A stretch of 64,000 nucleotides of DNA from Enoplolaimus lenunculus (GCA_030248215.1 JASANG010003910.1:62001-126000); one strand, 5' to 3'; shown: positions 50,106 through 63,815, numbered from the stretch's first letter. The notes: generated by a model from the sequence alone, not told the origin. Translations and numbers: made by a program.

Positions 50106-53100
50106 TTCAGTACTTCAGGTTTACAAAAACATATACGGCAGTGACGGATGTGCGGCCACTGCGCTGCGGTTTCGGTCAAAATCTACGAGAGTTCCGACGC
50201 TCGATATCAGGCTCGGTTAATCTTAGACCGTTACCAAAAATAAAAATAAAAAATTTCAAACAAAAGTTTCGAATGTTTTTTCTCTTGCGACACAGGTTTC
50301 TATTAAAATTGGAATCGGAATCGGTATCGGCATAACTTGAAAATAAGAACCAACATCAGTATCGGCAAAATTTGAAAATAAGAACTAACATCAGTATCGG
50401 CATCGGCCAAATTTTTAATATCAGACCACACTGACTGCACTTCGCATTACTAACTTACGATATACTAGCTATGTCAGTTAATCATTTGAACACTAAAAAT
50501 TAGGCTTCAAATACGTTCGTACTCGTTTTGAGTACCATGAATTATTAATGGCTGGATTGTATGCACAACGCATGTCTTGTTTGGTTTTCAAACTTTTATA
50601 TGAAAACAATATTAAAGCCTGCAGGTGGAATTTTGGGATAAAATGTTCCTTTGTTGATTGCAATTTGATGATAGCTTTTTGACACAAACTAGGTCTACAG
50701 AAGTAATGCGCCGTCATTTCATTTTGAATTTTGAAAATTAAGGTTTTGGCAGACAGGAAAATCGGGTAAATTGCGATTTCACATGGGGCAATTTTTCGCT
50801 TTGCATTTTTAAAATACGGCTGTCTTTCAGTGTTAACACGCTTGCGGCCAGTGATACAAGAAACATATGGGCCCAGCGGACATCACCTATCAGCTTAATT
50901 TTAGCGTTTGTTGGGTTTTACAATGTTCAATTTATAAGTGATATAATCTAGCATTCTTCATTTAGAAGAGGATATTTTTGAGTTTTAAAATATTATGTTC
51001 TAAACCTTGATTAGTAAATATTTCAATATTGCAAGATTACAAATTGCGTCTATTGATTATCGAATAAAAATGGCACGCATACGTGCTCGACTATTTTAGC
51101 TATATTTACCATGACAATTTGATGATGTGAAGTCGAGAAACTTTTCCAAACTGTGTTCTGTGCCGTGACATATTTAAGCTATTCATCTAGAAAATACAAT
51201 TCAAACGTTGCTAAATATTTCAAAGAACATGTTCTGCTGGCGCTCAATTGAGATAACTTTTAAAAAGTAACTGACTGTTATACGAAAGGCATGCTGAGAG
51301 TTGTACTTTAGAACGCCTTGAAAACTTATAGCTTAACAGATGAAAGTTTGTTTTGCACATATGTTTCTTGTTTCACTGACCGCAAGCATGTTAACACTGA
51401 AAGACAGCCGTCAAAGATATAAATGACAACTACTTTCATAGAAGTTAAACCGGAGCCGGAGCCGGAGGCCGATTTTCTGCAGGAGCCGGACCCGGAAGCA
51501 GACTTCCGGTTGTACCCTGGTACAGAGCTCACATACACCTAAAAAGGAGCACATGCTAACTATTACGGTGACCGCTTCGACAAAATATCTGCAAACAGGA
51601 TTTATAGTTTTATTGAAGTATGAAAAATGAAATCAAATAAAAGTTCGGTTCAGAACTAAAAGCAACATATATGTGCAATAAATTCCGCATCAAAGAGAAA
51701 CAGAAAATTTTCAATAGATATATAGTAGTCAATCACTTTAAGATCTGGCCCATCTACGCAACATGCCATATGCTATAGCAATGAACATGTCCATGTGCCC
51801 AGGATACCAAAACGTTTTCTCGCGAGTCCCTTCGAAGGGACTACAAACATTATTTGTTTTGTTAATGACTCCCTTCGTAAAGGACTAAGGACATTTAAAC
51901 ACGTTCTAACTACACTACTTTTCAACATTTGGAAAAGCATATTGTACACCCTTGTATAACCCTGCCGTTAGCGGTACGGTTGGCGTTAGAATAAGAACAG
52001 TCGGCCGCCGCAAACAGGAACGAGAGGGTTGAAAATTAAATTGTATGACAGCTCTATAACTTCGTGGTCCGCGAAAATTTTTTTGATGATTATCAATTGA
52101 AACATATCGTCGGTTTTCGGATGGTAAAACGCCTCTTTCGGTGCGTGGCCCGGTGGCCGGGCTGCCTTTAGTCTGGCGCTAATCATTATACTTCTGTTAT
52201 GGCCCAGATTACTAAACTGGTGACGGGTCCTACACTAACGCACATATTTACAGTTAATTCTATGGCTAGTCATTAACGAAAGCATAACCCGCAAATCTTA
52301 AATAAGTTAAACAGTATGTTATCTAGCGATAAGCCAGGCATTGCCTGGATTTCTTTTCGGAATGGGATAGTGAGAAGTTTTAACTTTTACAGGTTATTCT
52401 ACAACCTGCAAAAAGTGCCGCTTTTCAGTCCAGAAATCAGGGGGATATATTCCCGCTATCCTCTCTTACTGTGGGTCCTGACTGGTCCATTAACACGACG
52501 ATGACAACACGGATTTCACCGTCTCTACGGCTCGTACACACTTGTAACACACGGTTTTATAGTTTTACTGGCAAGCAATACAAATGCAAAAGAAATGATA
52601 TGAACTCAGACCCGTTAGTAGCACGATATGCGTTTTTGACAGTTACCGAGAATAACTTTCGAGCGAGAGTCTTATACGGAAATTCGAATATGCACGGCTT
52701 TGAATTATGCCAATTTCCATAATGAAGTCGCAGAATTTACTATTAACTCACTAATAATGGCTAAACAACATGATGAAACACGCGGAAAATGCTAGCTAGC
52801 TATGCGCAAGCGTATCGAAGCCTCCGGAAAAATCATTGACAATGAATAGTCAATGACAAGCATATATATGGCAAGGCAATAGATATAATTAGGGCGAAAA
52901 TTGGCAGAAATGGAGGTCTGAAATAGAATGAGCACGTGGAAATTAGTTAGGAATGATAAAGGGACGCCTGAAAACATGAAAATATGCTTACAAAAGATTA
53001 CAGAAAATATCGTATTTTAGAAGTGGCACAAACTGGGTAAAATAGAGCTATGTACTACAGAATTGTCCATAATAAAATTGACCTCAAAATAAAAATCGGC

Positions 53101-53337
53101 ATCGGTATATGCAAAAATTTTGATATCGACACATCCCTAATTTTTGCCTTAAAACTTGTTCCTAGTGTGAACGTAAGCCTCTGCATATTTCAGTGCACAT
53201 TTTCAAAAATCAGTGTGGATTTTTAAGCAGACGTGTACAACTGCGCCGTAAAATGCATAAAAACGCTGGTACGGCGCGTAGTTTAGTCCGGAATTTTGGT
53301 TTGTTTTCAGTTATGAAAGTATATAATATTGTTTAAC

Positions 53338-56300
53338 ATGGCAAACAGTCATGACACAATGTATCACGAAAGACAGTCTCTGGAATTATGTTTACTACAC
53401 TCACTGAACAACTTGTTTCAAGGAGCAGCATTTTCTCGAGCGTATATGGACAAATTATGCAAAGAGTATGTTTAGCCACTGCCGTTTTCGGTGCTTTTCT
53501 AAACTTCAGAAGGTCGCTACAAAAAGACAATATAATTATTTTACATCTTCTGGCTAAGACGGTAATTGAGATATTTTTTCAATAACGGGTACTTAACAGG
53601 ATCACTCGGATACCAAAAAATACGTACCGGACCGGACATTTAAGTGCAAATTTTATCAGGCAGAAAGGGTAACTTTATTGCGCTAATTTAATTTAGTACC
53701 ACATACTTTTGTAATATGTTACAATTTTGTTTCTACAATTGTATTAATAATATTAACTGTGTTTTCGAACAAAATTCGCAGCCAAATATTGTGATTTTGG
53801 TCATAAATAATACGTAATATAATATAGCTATGTTATATATACTTTTCAGTAATAAATATCTGGCAATGCTGAATACCGTGGCTGTATGTCGATGTTATAC
53901 CGCAACCGGATATTCGGTTCAACCCAAGTATCAAGTACAACCTTATGATCGAGAGTAACTTGATGGCAAATAGCAAGTTTAAACCAAGAATTTCGCAAAC
54001 CCATTTTCAAATCCACTTTTCAACTGGATGGGACCGGATATTGATTAACATGAGTGAATTTTTACCGGTACCGTATAATACATAACCGGATATAGCATAG
54101 CATATAAATTTGTATACTGATTGAAGTATTTGAGTTTGGCAAAAGTTGCACTTCTTGAGTTGCCCAAAAATGTAATCGCAGCAATATGCTAAAGACGTTC
54201 TCACGTAACAGACAGTTTTATTAAATTCTAGACCATTACCGCAAAATGTACCGGAACCGAATACGGATATCAGTTTTTGCCAGATATTAAACCGGATCCA
54301 AATCTCCGGCTACTCTTTGCTTTTAAAGGCAAACTGACGAATTTTGGCAAATTCGAAAAATCGTATTTTCGAAAAATACTAACTAAACAAGTAGCCAAGA
54401 TAGTGTATTAGAATCATTTGTTTCATTTTTGTTTGTGCCTCATGTAGCCCATTCGCTTAGAAAATTAGTGCAGGGTGATATTTTCAGCTTGGCTCCAAAT
54501 GCCAAATTTTTTAATCCTCATCGTAGCATACTTGGCACTGGCAATTATGACGTGAACGTATTAATGGCGGCTCTTGCAGCGCGAGATTGTTGTGCTGTAT
54601 GGTTTGATCGAAGAAAGTACGTCAAAACCTTTCCTAATAGTTCAGTGTACTACTACTGAAAAACCTAGGCACGTGGCACTGAATCTTGATCTTTATGCCT
54701 CATACAAAGCTTTACGATTTGACGTTAAACTTGTTATTGTGCATTGCAACATTTTATTGTTTTAATTGAAGCGATTAATTGCAATTAGGGATGTGCCGAT
54801 ACCAAAATTTTTGCCGCTACCGATGCCGATTTTTATGCTGAAATTTTGCCGATGCCGATTCCAACTACAGTACTCCATGCTTAATCAACAGATAGAATAC
54901 TATTATATTACATCGTTATATGAAGAGTTGAACCCTAACCATCATTAACGAATAAATTTTATAAGAACGGTTCATTTCAATAAATTTTTTAAAACATAAA
55001 CGCAAGAGAGAACTCAGTTTCCCTGACCAGGCATACTGATACGCGGCCAGAAATGAAATTGATAGCATTCCAATTTATTGTTATGTGAAAAAAGTATCGG
55101 CAAAGAATCGGCAATTTTTATTTCATAATAAAATTGTGATTATTTATGTAACTAAACCGCAGATCGGCAAACAATCGGCAATTTTTATATTTCAGAATAA
55201 AATTGTGATTATTTATATAACTAAACATCAGATACGTTTGCATCTCTTAATGAAAACATTTTCGTAATATTGAATGTGTACATAAAATACAGGGTGCAAC
55301 CGGAATTACAATTTACCGGAACCGGAATTTGAAAATTTCACCGGAACCGGAAAGTGAAAAGTGCATTTCATTAAAAATTTCATTTTAATCTTATTTTTTG
55401 CTCTATTATTTGTGAAATAACCTTAGTTGAACATAGGTATTTATTTTATTTGATGTATTTTAGATTTTCAACATCGACTGAAGTGAAATCCACCATCAAT
55501 GGCTTATATTCGGAGTACAAGTGGCTTTCAAAAGAGATTCTTAAAAATTAGCAAAGTTAAGAAAACGGCCAAATTATAACACCGGAATTTTTAAATCCGG
55601 TAAAAATTTACCGGAACCGAAAGGTGAAAAAATGCCGGAACCGGAACAGGAATTCCGGTTTCACCCTGATAATATACTATAACCATTCATTTGTAAATGT
55701 TTCAAAAAGTTACTGCTTGTTTTGTTAAATTAGATACTACAAAAAACCATTATGTTTTAGGCGAATTGAAGATGTTGTTTTGTGTAAACTAGTTGGAATT
55801 ATCATAAACATGCCGAGCGCTCCAAGAATCGGACCAGTAACGATACCCTATGTGAATCGTAGGCATTGGGTAAGTGTTGACGATAAAATTCGGTTAGAAA
55901 AATTGTTACTGAATATTATATTGTATTATATTTGATTTAACGAAAACGGGACTGAATTTTGTCGAATTTCTCTCGAATTTACCAAAAAGTATGTCGCTTT
56001 TTGACATTAACGAACATTTACTGAAGTTGCTTTGCGAAATACTGTGTAAAAATATGTGTAATGCGTAACGCATACGCACGTTGTTACATATTGAAACAAA
56101 CAGCCCCTAAAAACGGCAATGGAGACGGGGTAAAAAATTCCAATCGGAACCCCTAGGAACTTAAATAAAACGGGTCTATTCTTTAGCTCTCGACAAATTG
56201 AGCATAACTTTACCGGTATCAATTTTAAAACGGTTCAAAGGATATGGCCCGCAAAGTTCAGTGTAACCAGTGCGGATTTGAAGGTATATACCGTCTAATA

Positions 56301-59300
56301 CACTTCATATTTGCAAATATAAGCCACGACACTTGTTTGCTGTTCGTATTTATGTGGCGGTTACCTATCATTCTTTAAAATAGCAAAAAAACTTAAAGGG
56401 TGTTATCTTTTGAACCAGAGACCCTGCAGTCTAAGCATATTACCATTGAACTCGGCCGTCTATGAAGCTTTCAAATAAGGCTTCGGTAAATTTCTAGGTA
56501 TCTTGTTCTGTACCTCCGCCGCGAATTCTTTGAAACATTCCACTCTTGATTGAAATGTATGAGTATTGAAAGCAAGAATAATTAGGACATTTAACCATCC
56601 GCAAAAACGATTAAGTAATGGTCAGTCATCAAGATTAAAGTAACTTGAATTGGCCGAAACCATAATAAGTGAACTTTTCAGTACATTTGATGGATTTACG
56701 TGAACATTTATTGCGCCGAATTTCACTCTTGTAAGCAAAAAAAGGTCTAAATTACTCGTATGACTTTTTGAACTCTTGATTGAATTTAAGTTGAGCCTAA
56801 ATTACATCTCAGATGAAAATAGCAAATTTTCCCATCCTTGGAACCTGTGAACTCAGCCCCCAAATTCAAGCGCTATATCTACTAGGCCATCCTTCCATGA
56901 TGTTTTCATTTTAATACACTGCATTTGTACTCTGCGCTGCAGTGTATATACTGGTTGCAGGGTGCAACCGGAATTCCTGTTCCGGCATTTTTTCACCTTC
57001 CGGTTCCGGTAAATTGTTACCGAAATTAAAAATTCCGGTATTAAAATTTGGTCGGTGGAAATTAAGATATTTTACTAAAAAATGACGACAAAAATAGATT
57101 TCGTTAGTATAGTATGCAAACCTTGACAATCGCCGAAAATAAACCATCGAAGGTAGATTTTGCTTCCGCAGCTGGTAAAGTGAATACCTATCTCTAACGA
57201 GGTTTATTTCACCAATAATATTACAAAAAGGAAATTAAATTGAATTTTTCGGTGGCGTGTATTTTTAATTTTGCGGTTCCGCTAAATTGTAATTCCGGAT
57301 GCACCCTGCCTGCGTGCATGCGACAGTGCATCAACCCATATATAATATATATGTAATATATACAAATTAGTTTATATGCGAGAATTTTAAACCACTAGGA
57401 GATCAAAAATAGCTTTGGTAAAAACTGTGAGGAGCGAAATAAATTTCACCAGGGGTCTACTTTTCAACAATCCATTCAAAAAAGTTAGCTAATTTAAATA
57501 TCAGCAAAGTTTCTAAATACTGTAAAATTAGTAATTCCTGTTCAAAGGTTATGGTAAAATTGGTGCCCTAAATATGATCTGCTGGTAATTGAGGCGGCCT
57601 CCAGCAGGGTGCAAACGGAATTCCGATTCCGATTAGAATTCCCATTCAAAACTAGTTCCGGTTGCGATTGCACAATCATCGTAATCGGAATGTACAAATT
57701 TTAATCTTATTGTGATAGGTGCATAAAAATTCGGCATTTATCTATTAAATTGCTTTCGTTGAGTTATCTTGCCAATAATTGATTGCAGTTTAGCTTTGAA
57801 AATTGTCGCCAGCCAACAGACACCCTAAGTCAACATTATATTTCAATACAAATTTTCCGTACAGTCACAAAGTTTCTAGTTCCGAGTCTGAAGTATAACA
57901 CTGTTAAACAGGGTTGGTTTTTTTGTTTTTTCGGAGCACACAACATATTCTAGTGTAGATCTTGTGTCCGGAAAAGGTGTGTTATAGATATAGGTATACT
58001 TGTGTCTTGGATTACAGCGGGTTCGAAAATAAACATGGTGTGGGAAATACTTTAACGCACTATTATATATTTACATAGTGCGAAAAACGTTTAACAAGCA
58101 GCTCCTAAAAGGGGCAAGAAGACGGGGATTTTTGAGAAGCGCTGCTTTTGTGGCGTTTCTTACTTAATCGGGGAACAATACTGTGGTGTTTGAAAAGCGC
58201 TGCTTTTGTGGCGGTTTTAATTAATCGGTATCGAAGTTTAACTGCTTAAGAAATTTTATTTAATCGTTATCGAAGTTTAACTTCTTACGAGATATTTAAG
58301 TTTCTTGTCAATACCATTGAGGCGGGTTCACCGAGTTTTCTTGATTTTTAAACAAAATAGCGGATGGTCACAAAATGTTCAAGTTTTTGGATGTATTTAA
58401 TATGTATTTCGTAAATTTTATTTAAAGTCAAACTAGAGATTGGCTATACGGTACCATGGACGGTACAGAAAAACATTTACCTATCCGCTCGAAAGCGAAA
58501 TGAAAAAGATTGGTAAAACGGCTTCGCAAGGAATGGGAACTGAAAAGTTCGCGTGTTACAATATTTTAAATTTCTAATCGGAATCACAACTAATTGTGAA
58601 TCTAATTTTAATCGGAATCGCAATTCTGTAACCTGGTTCCCCACCCGTACTTTACTGTAAACTCCAGCTAAGCTCAGCACGTGACGCAGCTGAACAGAAT
58701 AACAATAAGCGCAAATCAAAAAATGACCGCCAACCAATTATAAATATACCGCCGATGTACACGTTCACATAGCAAAACAGTGCTGCGGTGTAAACTTGTT
58801 TTGCAAACATTACAAAAACACTGCAATAACTTTCTACACATGTCTAGGCAATATGTCCCATGGCACAATTTAGCCACAATCCAAACGCAGCACAGTAAGT
58901 TTATTATTACATTACCATACGTAAAATGTCGCGTGACGCGATATTGCAAATAAACGCATATGAGTAACTTCACAACATTCAACAAAATGTCGCGTGATAC
59001 GAGGGGTTCTGCAAAGCGTAATGATTGTCTTTAAACTACGTTTCAGGTCGCGATTCGTGACGTTGCTGGTGCTTATTTTAACTTCGATTCTAAATTGCCT
59101 GAGCCACAAGTCATTGGCAACTCTGAGGACCTTATTCACTATTTAAAACAATTAACAAAACCAGCTGATACAACAACTGACAGCGAATCAAATTCAATTG
59201 CAATATTTTTGGTTGTGCCCAAACAAGTAGAAATAGATCGGTCTTGGCTTCGAAATGGCACTAATTATGACGGCACGACAAATTGTGATGCAGACGACAT

Positions 59301-59313
59301 AAAATCGACATGA
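53338..59313 (+). CDS. Josephin-domain deubiquitinase, JOSD1/JOSD2-like (4 coding exons, ~210 aa)
   Basis: Exons 53338-53465, 54488-54616, 55761-55869, 59047-59313 (633 nt). YHERQSLELCLLHSLNNLFQ (catalytic Cys), NPHRSILGTGNYDVNVLMAAL, VWFDRRK, RRHWVAIR (His), YFNFDSKL (Asp). No UIM or polyQ tail, so not ataxin-3. Confidence 0.94.
55290..55668 (+). mobile_element. hAT-type MITE (CAGGGTGCAACCGG family)
   Basis: Same body as the 42089 copy; flanks ataaaata / ataatata (7/8 match). Confidence 0.9.
56958..57308 (-). mobile_element. hAT-type MITE, diverged subfamily
   Basis: cagggtgcaaccggaattcc ... ccggatgcaccctg; body similar to the partial copy at ~26750-27111. Confidence 0.8.
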
Positions 59314-59843
59314 AGCTGGTTTTCAGGGCTACTTTTGGGGGCGTAACAATTGCTTCACCGAGTCAAAAGTAAAAACGCTATTTTAGCTCAAGTCAAACGC
59401 TATTTTTAAAATAAAAAAACGGTTTTGTATTTTTGGCACGAGTCAGTATATTTTTTAAACGTAAGCCACAGCCCAACGACAAAAGTCTAAAAAAACCGAA
59501 AGCTAATGAAACTGTACTATCACGAATCAAGTTTTTCGCAACACGGTAAGGTATATAAGAAGCTGTGATATAAAACAGCTTACGATTGTTTGAATTATAT
59601 CAAACGACGCGTGATTCCACAAGAGCATGGACAATATTCTAGTACTTGGAGACATCGGGGATTTGAAAAGAACATCGTAACTGGCGATAAAAATTATATA
59701 TTATATATATGCTAAATAAATTAATAAATTGGAAATTCATTTTGACGATTTGTCGCGTTTGCGTTATATATATAAACCTAATGTCTGTTTCATTTAATGA
59801 TGCGACAATAACATATTATTGATAACTGAATATACAGGTGAAC

Positions 59844-60216
59844 CAGGGTGCAACCGGAATTCCGGTTCCGGCATTTTTTCACCTTCCGGTTCCGGTAAAT
59901 TTTTACCGGATTTAAAAATTCCGGTATTATAATTTGGCCGTTTTCTTAACTTTGCTAATTTTTAAGAATCTCTTTTGAAAGCCACTTGTACTCCGAATAT
60001 AAGCCATTGATGGTGGATTTCACTTCAGTCGATGATGAAAATCTAAAATATAACAGGTAAAATAAATACCTATGTTCGACTAAGGTTGTTTCACAAATAA
60101 TAGAGCAAAAAATACGATTAAAATGAAATTGTTGGTGAAATGCATTTTTCACTTTCCGGTTCCGGTAAAATTTTCAAATTCCGGTTCCGGTAAATTGTAA
60201 TTCCGGTTGCACCCTG
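59844..60216 (-). mobile_element. hAT-type MITE with perfect 8-bp TSD
   Basis: Inverted copy of the 42089 element, flanked by AGGTGAAC on both sides. Confidence 0.95.
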
Positions 60217-60628
60217 AGGTGAACCAAAATATGTCTAACGGTAGAAATTTGCCACATCGAAGGGTTTACTAATCAGAACCATAGCTTGAAGACCTACATG
60301 CATTTTTTGGTTTTTGGTGATGGTATTCTTATCAGTGGCAGCCGCAAAATTGGCACTGCAGAATCACCATTTGAAGTATACTGTGTCATTGTCTGTTGCG
60401 AATCATACTTGTATGCAAATATATACTGTAGTGACCGGAGTAAGAAGGGGATAACTATTTTATGTACTTTTAGGGTTTTTATGGACTCTATTCGCTAAAC
60501 TACTTATTAGGTATAGGACTTCTGTTGATTGGGACTCAAAATGGGGAACACCCCTCTTGTTCGGGTCGTGTTATATCTGGCAAATGTGAAAAAGGGACTG
60601 CTGCAACTTTTCGCAGGAAAAGTGGAAC

Positions 60629-60936
60629 AGGTCAGTTTTGGGCAAATGGGAAAGCGGGACAGGTTAGTTTTGGGCAAATGGGAAAGCGGGACAGGTCAGT
60701 TTTGGGCAAATGGGAAAGCGGGACAGGTTAGTTTTGGGCAAATGGGAAAGCGGGACAGGTCAGTTTTGGGCAAATGGGAAAGCGGGACAGGTCAGTTTTG
60801 GGCAAATGGGAAAGCGGGACAGGTCAGTTTTGGGCAAATGGGAAAGCGGGACAGGTCAGTTTTGGGCAAATGGGAAAGCGGGACAGGTCAGTTTTGGGCA
60901 AATGGGAAAGCGGAACAGGTCAGTTTTGGGCAAATG
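60629..60936. repeat. 32-bp minisatellite, ~9.6 copies
   Basis: Unit aggtcagttttgggcaaatgggaaagcgggac, with degenerate copies on either side. Confidence 0.95.
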
Positions 60937-61830
60937 TGAAAATAAGACAGCTGCAACTTTTCGCTTGTAAATCAGGACAGGTTTGTTACGGGCAAATGGG
61001 AAAACAGGATAGCTGCAAATTTTCGCTGGGAAGACGGGACACAAATCAAATTCTATTCATATTGTGCCAAATTTGTTATGGGTCATCCACGTTAAAATGC
61101 ACGCACATTTGTAAAAAAATTTCCCTTCCTTTTGGGTGCCCCTGTTGTTCCTACCCACTCTCTATATACACTGTCTGAGATGTCAATATGTCGTTGTCTG
61201 AACTTTTAGACAATGAATATGCTCTAGGCATAAATATTTACTTGTCCTGACATTATCAGGAGCTGTTATTGTCCATAGTCCCTCGGAAAGGACTCAATTT
61301 TTTGTGTTGAATAATGCGCGTGAATATGTGTGCATAGCGTTTGTTTTTATATGAGTGCGCAGGCATTACCGTAATGTACTGACATCCTACGGACAACATG
61401 TATTTATCCAGAGTCCCTTCCGACAGTGTCTAGACAATTAACACTATCTAAGTACAGCTATGAAACTGTACCTTGCCTCCAGCTAGGATGTGTATTTTGA
61501 TGCTGTTCCAAATGGGGTGGGTGGAATATTTATTGCATCGGCGCGTGCATTTTAACGTGGATGGCCCATAGATCGAGGAGGGGAACAAAGATTGTGGTAG
61601 TTGCGGTTGCGCCACCTGTCACACCCCTCTGTACCTACATGCGACCTTGGCAGCCACAGCTGACTTGCATATCATTGCATTAAATTCCTTTATAAAACTG
61701 TGCGAATTTTTTTCGTTGAAAACACGGGTAGAGTTGAAAATTGAACGACGGGATGCGTAATGCGACGAAAAATTAATTTTGATCGCAATGTCTGGCCCGA
61801 AACAGCCCCCATGCCGACGCCCTTGCAACA

Positions 61831-63345
61831 GTTTAAGTTTAAGTCCGAAGCGCTCGTTTACCGAACACGCCGGGTTTTATTAAAAGAAAAACCCCATTTA
61901 AATCAACGAAGGTGATTATTTAACTCAATGAGGGAAACAACATATTAACATAATATGACAAAAGTCCTTGAAAATTACCCATTATTCTACACTGCTGGCA
62001 ATGATATTATTCAGTAGCAAATATGTTAAAAAGCACACAAGAAACTTGTTTCAAAACAAAATACAAATCAGGTACGCGGAGGAAATGACATTCGAAAACC
62101 CAGCATGCTATCATTCTGTCGGGTTATTGTTCCGAGAACCGTAAAAAACATTCTTCTTTTAGATACAGCTTAAGTTTGCACAAATTTCTATAAACATTTT
62201 CCTGAAAAACATCAACTACACAGACATTTTCATTGTTAAACTCGAGTTTACATCGAGCACGCCATATTGTGAATTGTGCATGTTGGACGATGAAGAAAAG
62301 CTATTCTCTTTAATGGATCGTGAATATTTCGTCCCAAAATTAAATCCGAAATCGTTATTTTATTTACTCCAGCTACCTGTTGCAAAACGGGAGTAATGAA
62401 AAACTAATTTCTTGTGCCCGCAAACAATAAATAAACACATGAACATTATCCTCCCGCCCTTCAATTCCATCCAAATAACAAAACGAACATATATTTGTCC
62501 CATAAGACTGACTAGTGCTGTGATTAGTATACAATGACTTATGTCTTAACCTAAAATGGACGTCTCGCGCAGAGACGTCAACATATTTCGCTTTTGCCCA
62601 TATCCATGATCGCTCGACTAAATAGGTTCTACTCCTAGCTCGTCTCGCCGAAAAACATGTTTTGGATGGATGAGCCTTACACACAGCGTGTATCCACATT
62701 TTATACAATTTATTTGCCGACACCGCTTTTAAAGAACTTTTCACCAAAAAACCAACAAAAATTCCATCCATGCTAAAAGATGACTCAATCATTGCAATCC
62801 GTATCTCAAATCTGGTACATCAATACGTCTCTAGTCGAAAACTGAACTTGCCGAAAGAAATGTTCAAAACATCTCTTCCAACTCACAACTTCGGTACCTC
62901 TTAATATTCTAATATAAAACATTAAACGATTCACTTTCAGTCTAACAAAAATATTTGGGAAATTTATCCCGCCGTGACTAGGTTGTAAAAACAGGATATC
63001 CCTTCTAATAATACTAGCGGTAGACGGATACCACAACCACTTATAAACCACATTGATAGTTTTCTTCACTAGTTGATCAGGGGGTGTTACTAATTTTATC
63101 AAATAATTAAACATACGCAAAAAATAAATGTGAACAAGGCGGATTTTTCCAAAAACAGATACCTCAGGGCGCTATTCGCTGTCCAAGACTTGCAATTGCT
63201 TCATAGCACTTTATCCAATTTTCAGGAACATCGATTCCCTTCGAATCAAACCAAAGGCCATAAATTTTCACTCTTTCAACAATAAAACGTGCATATTGAT
63301 GGGGTACAAGTGCGTTCCTTAGATCGCCCAATAACAGTATCTGTG
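61831..63345 (-). mobile_element. Decayed L1/Tx1-clade non-LTR retrotransposon (ORF2 C-terminal part + 3' UTR)
   Basis: Frameshifted fragments KWLW...IRRDILFLQPSHGGINFPNI and HFRLRHKSLYTN...CSFC...EDNVHVFIYC (zf-RVT-like); AATAAA then a short TTAAAC-repeat tail. Confidence 0.8.
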
Positions 63346-63488
63346 AATACTTATAGCCCCGCCATGGGACCCTACACGAATGAGGGTCCCATGGGTGGGT
63401 CTTTTGTGTGACTAATAGTCATCAGAGTGACTTTAGGTAGCAATAATATATACGATGAAGTGTTAATACAAACAGAACTTACAACAAG

Positions 63489-63815
63489 GTAAAGCACGCC
63501 TTCCATGTTTAAATTGGTAAAGCACGCCTGCCATGTAGGAATTGATAAATTAAACTGGTAAATCACGCCCTCCATTTTAAATTGGTAAAGCACGCCCTCC
63601 ATGTTTGAACTGGTAAATCACGCGTCCAATTGAACACCTCGACGATTTTAACCCCACCCTCCCTTTCTAACCATCCCTTGGTGTACTATAAATTCGATAT
63701 AAAATTCTTTTCTCGTTCAGTGTGTAATAAACCGAATCGAGATTAATTTTCTCGTCCAGTGTGTAAAAAGCTGAACAAAGAACGTTCTCGTTCAGTGTGT
63801 AATAAACTGAAACGA
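63489..63815. repeat. Two short tandem arrays (~27-bp ggtaaagcacgcc-tccatgtttaaatt x5; ttctcgttcagtgtgtaataaa-containing unit x3)
   Basis: Directly visible repeats; probably internal to an element that interrupts the Tx1-like copy. Confidence 0.75.

Noticed and set aside
60525..61178. Repetitive ORFs, or a CRISPR-like array
   Set aside because: Head-to-tail 32-bp minisatellite with no unique spacers, in a eukaryotic context with no cas genes.
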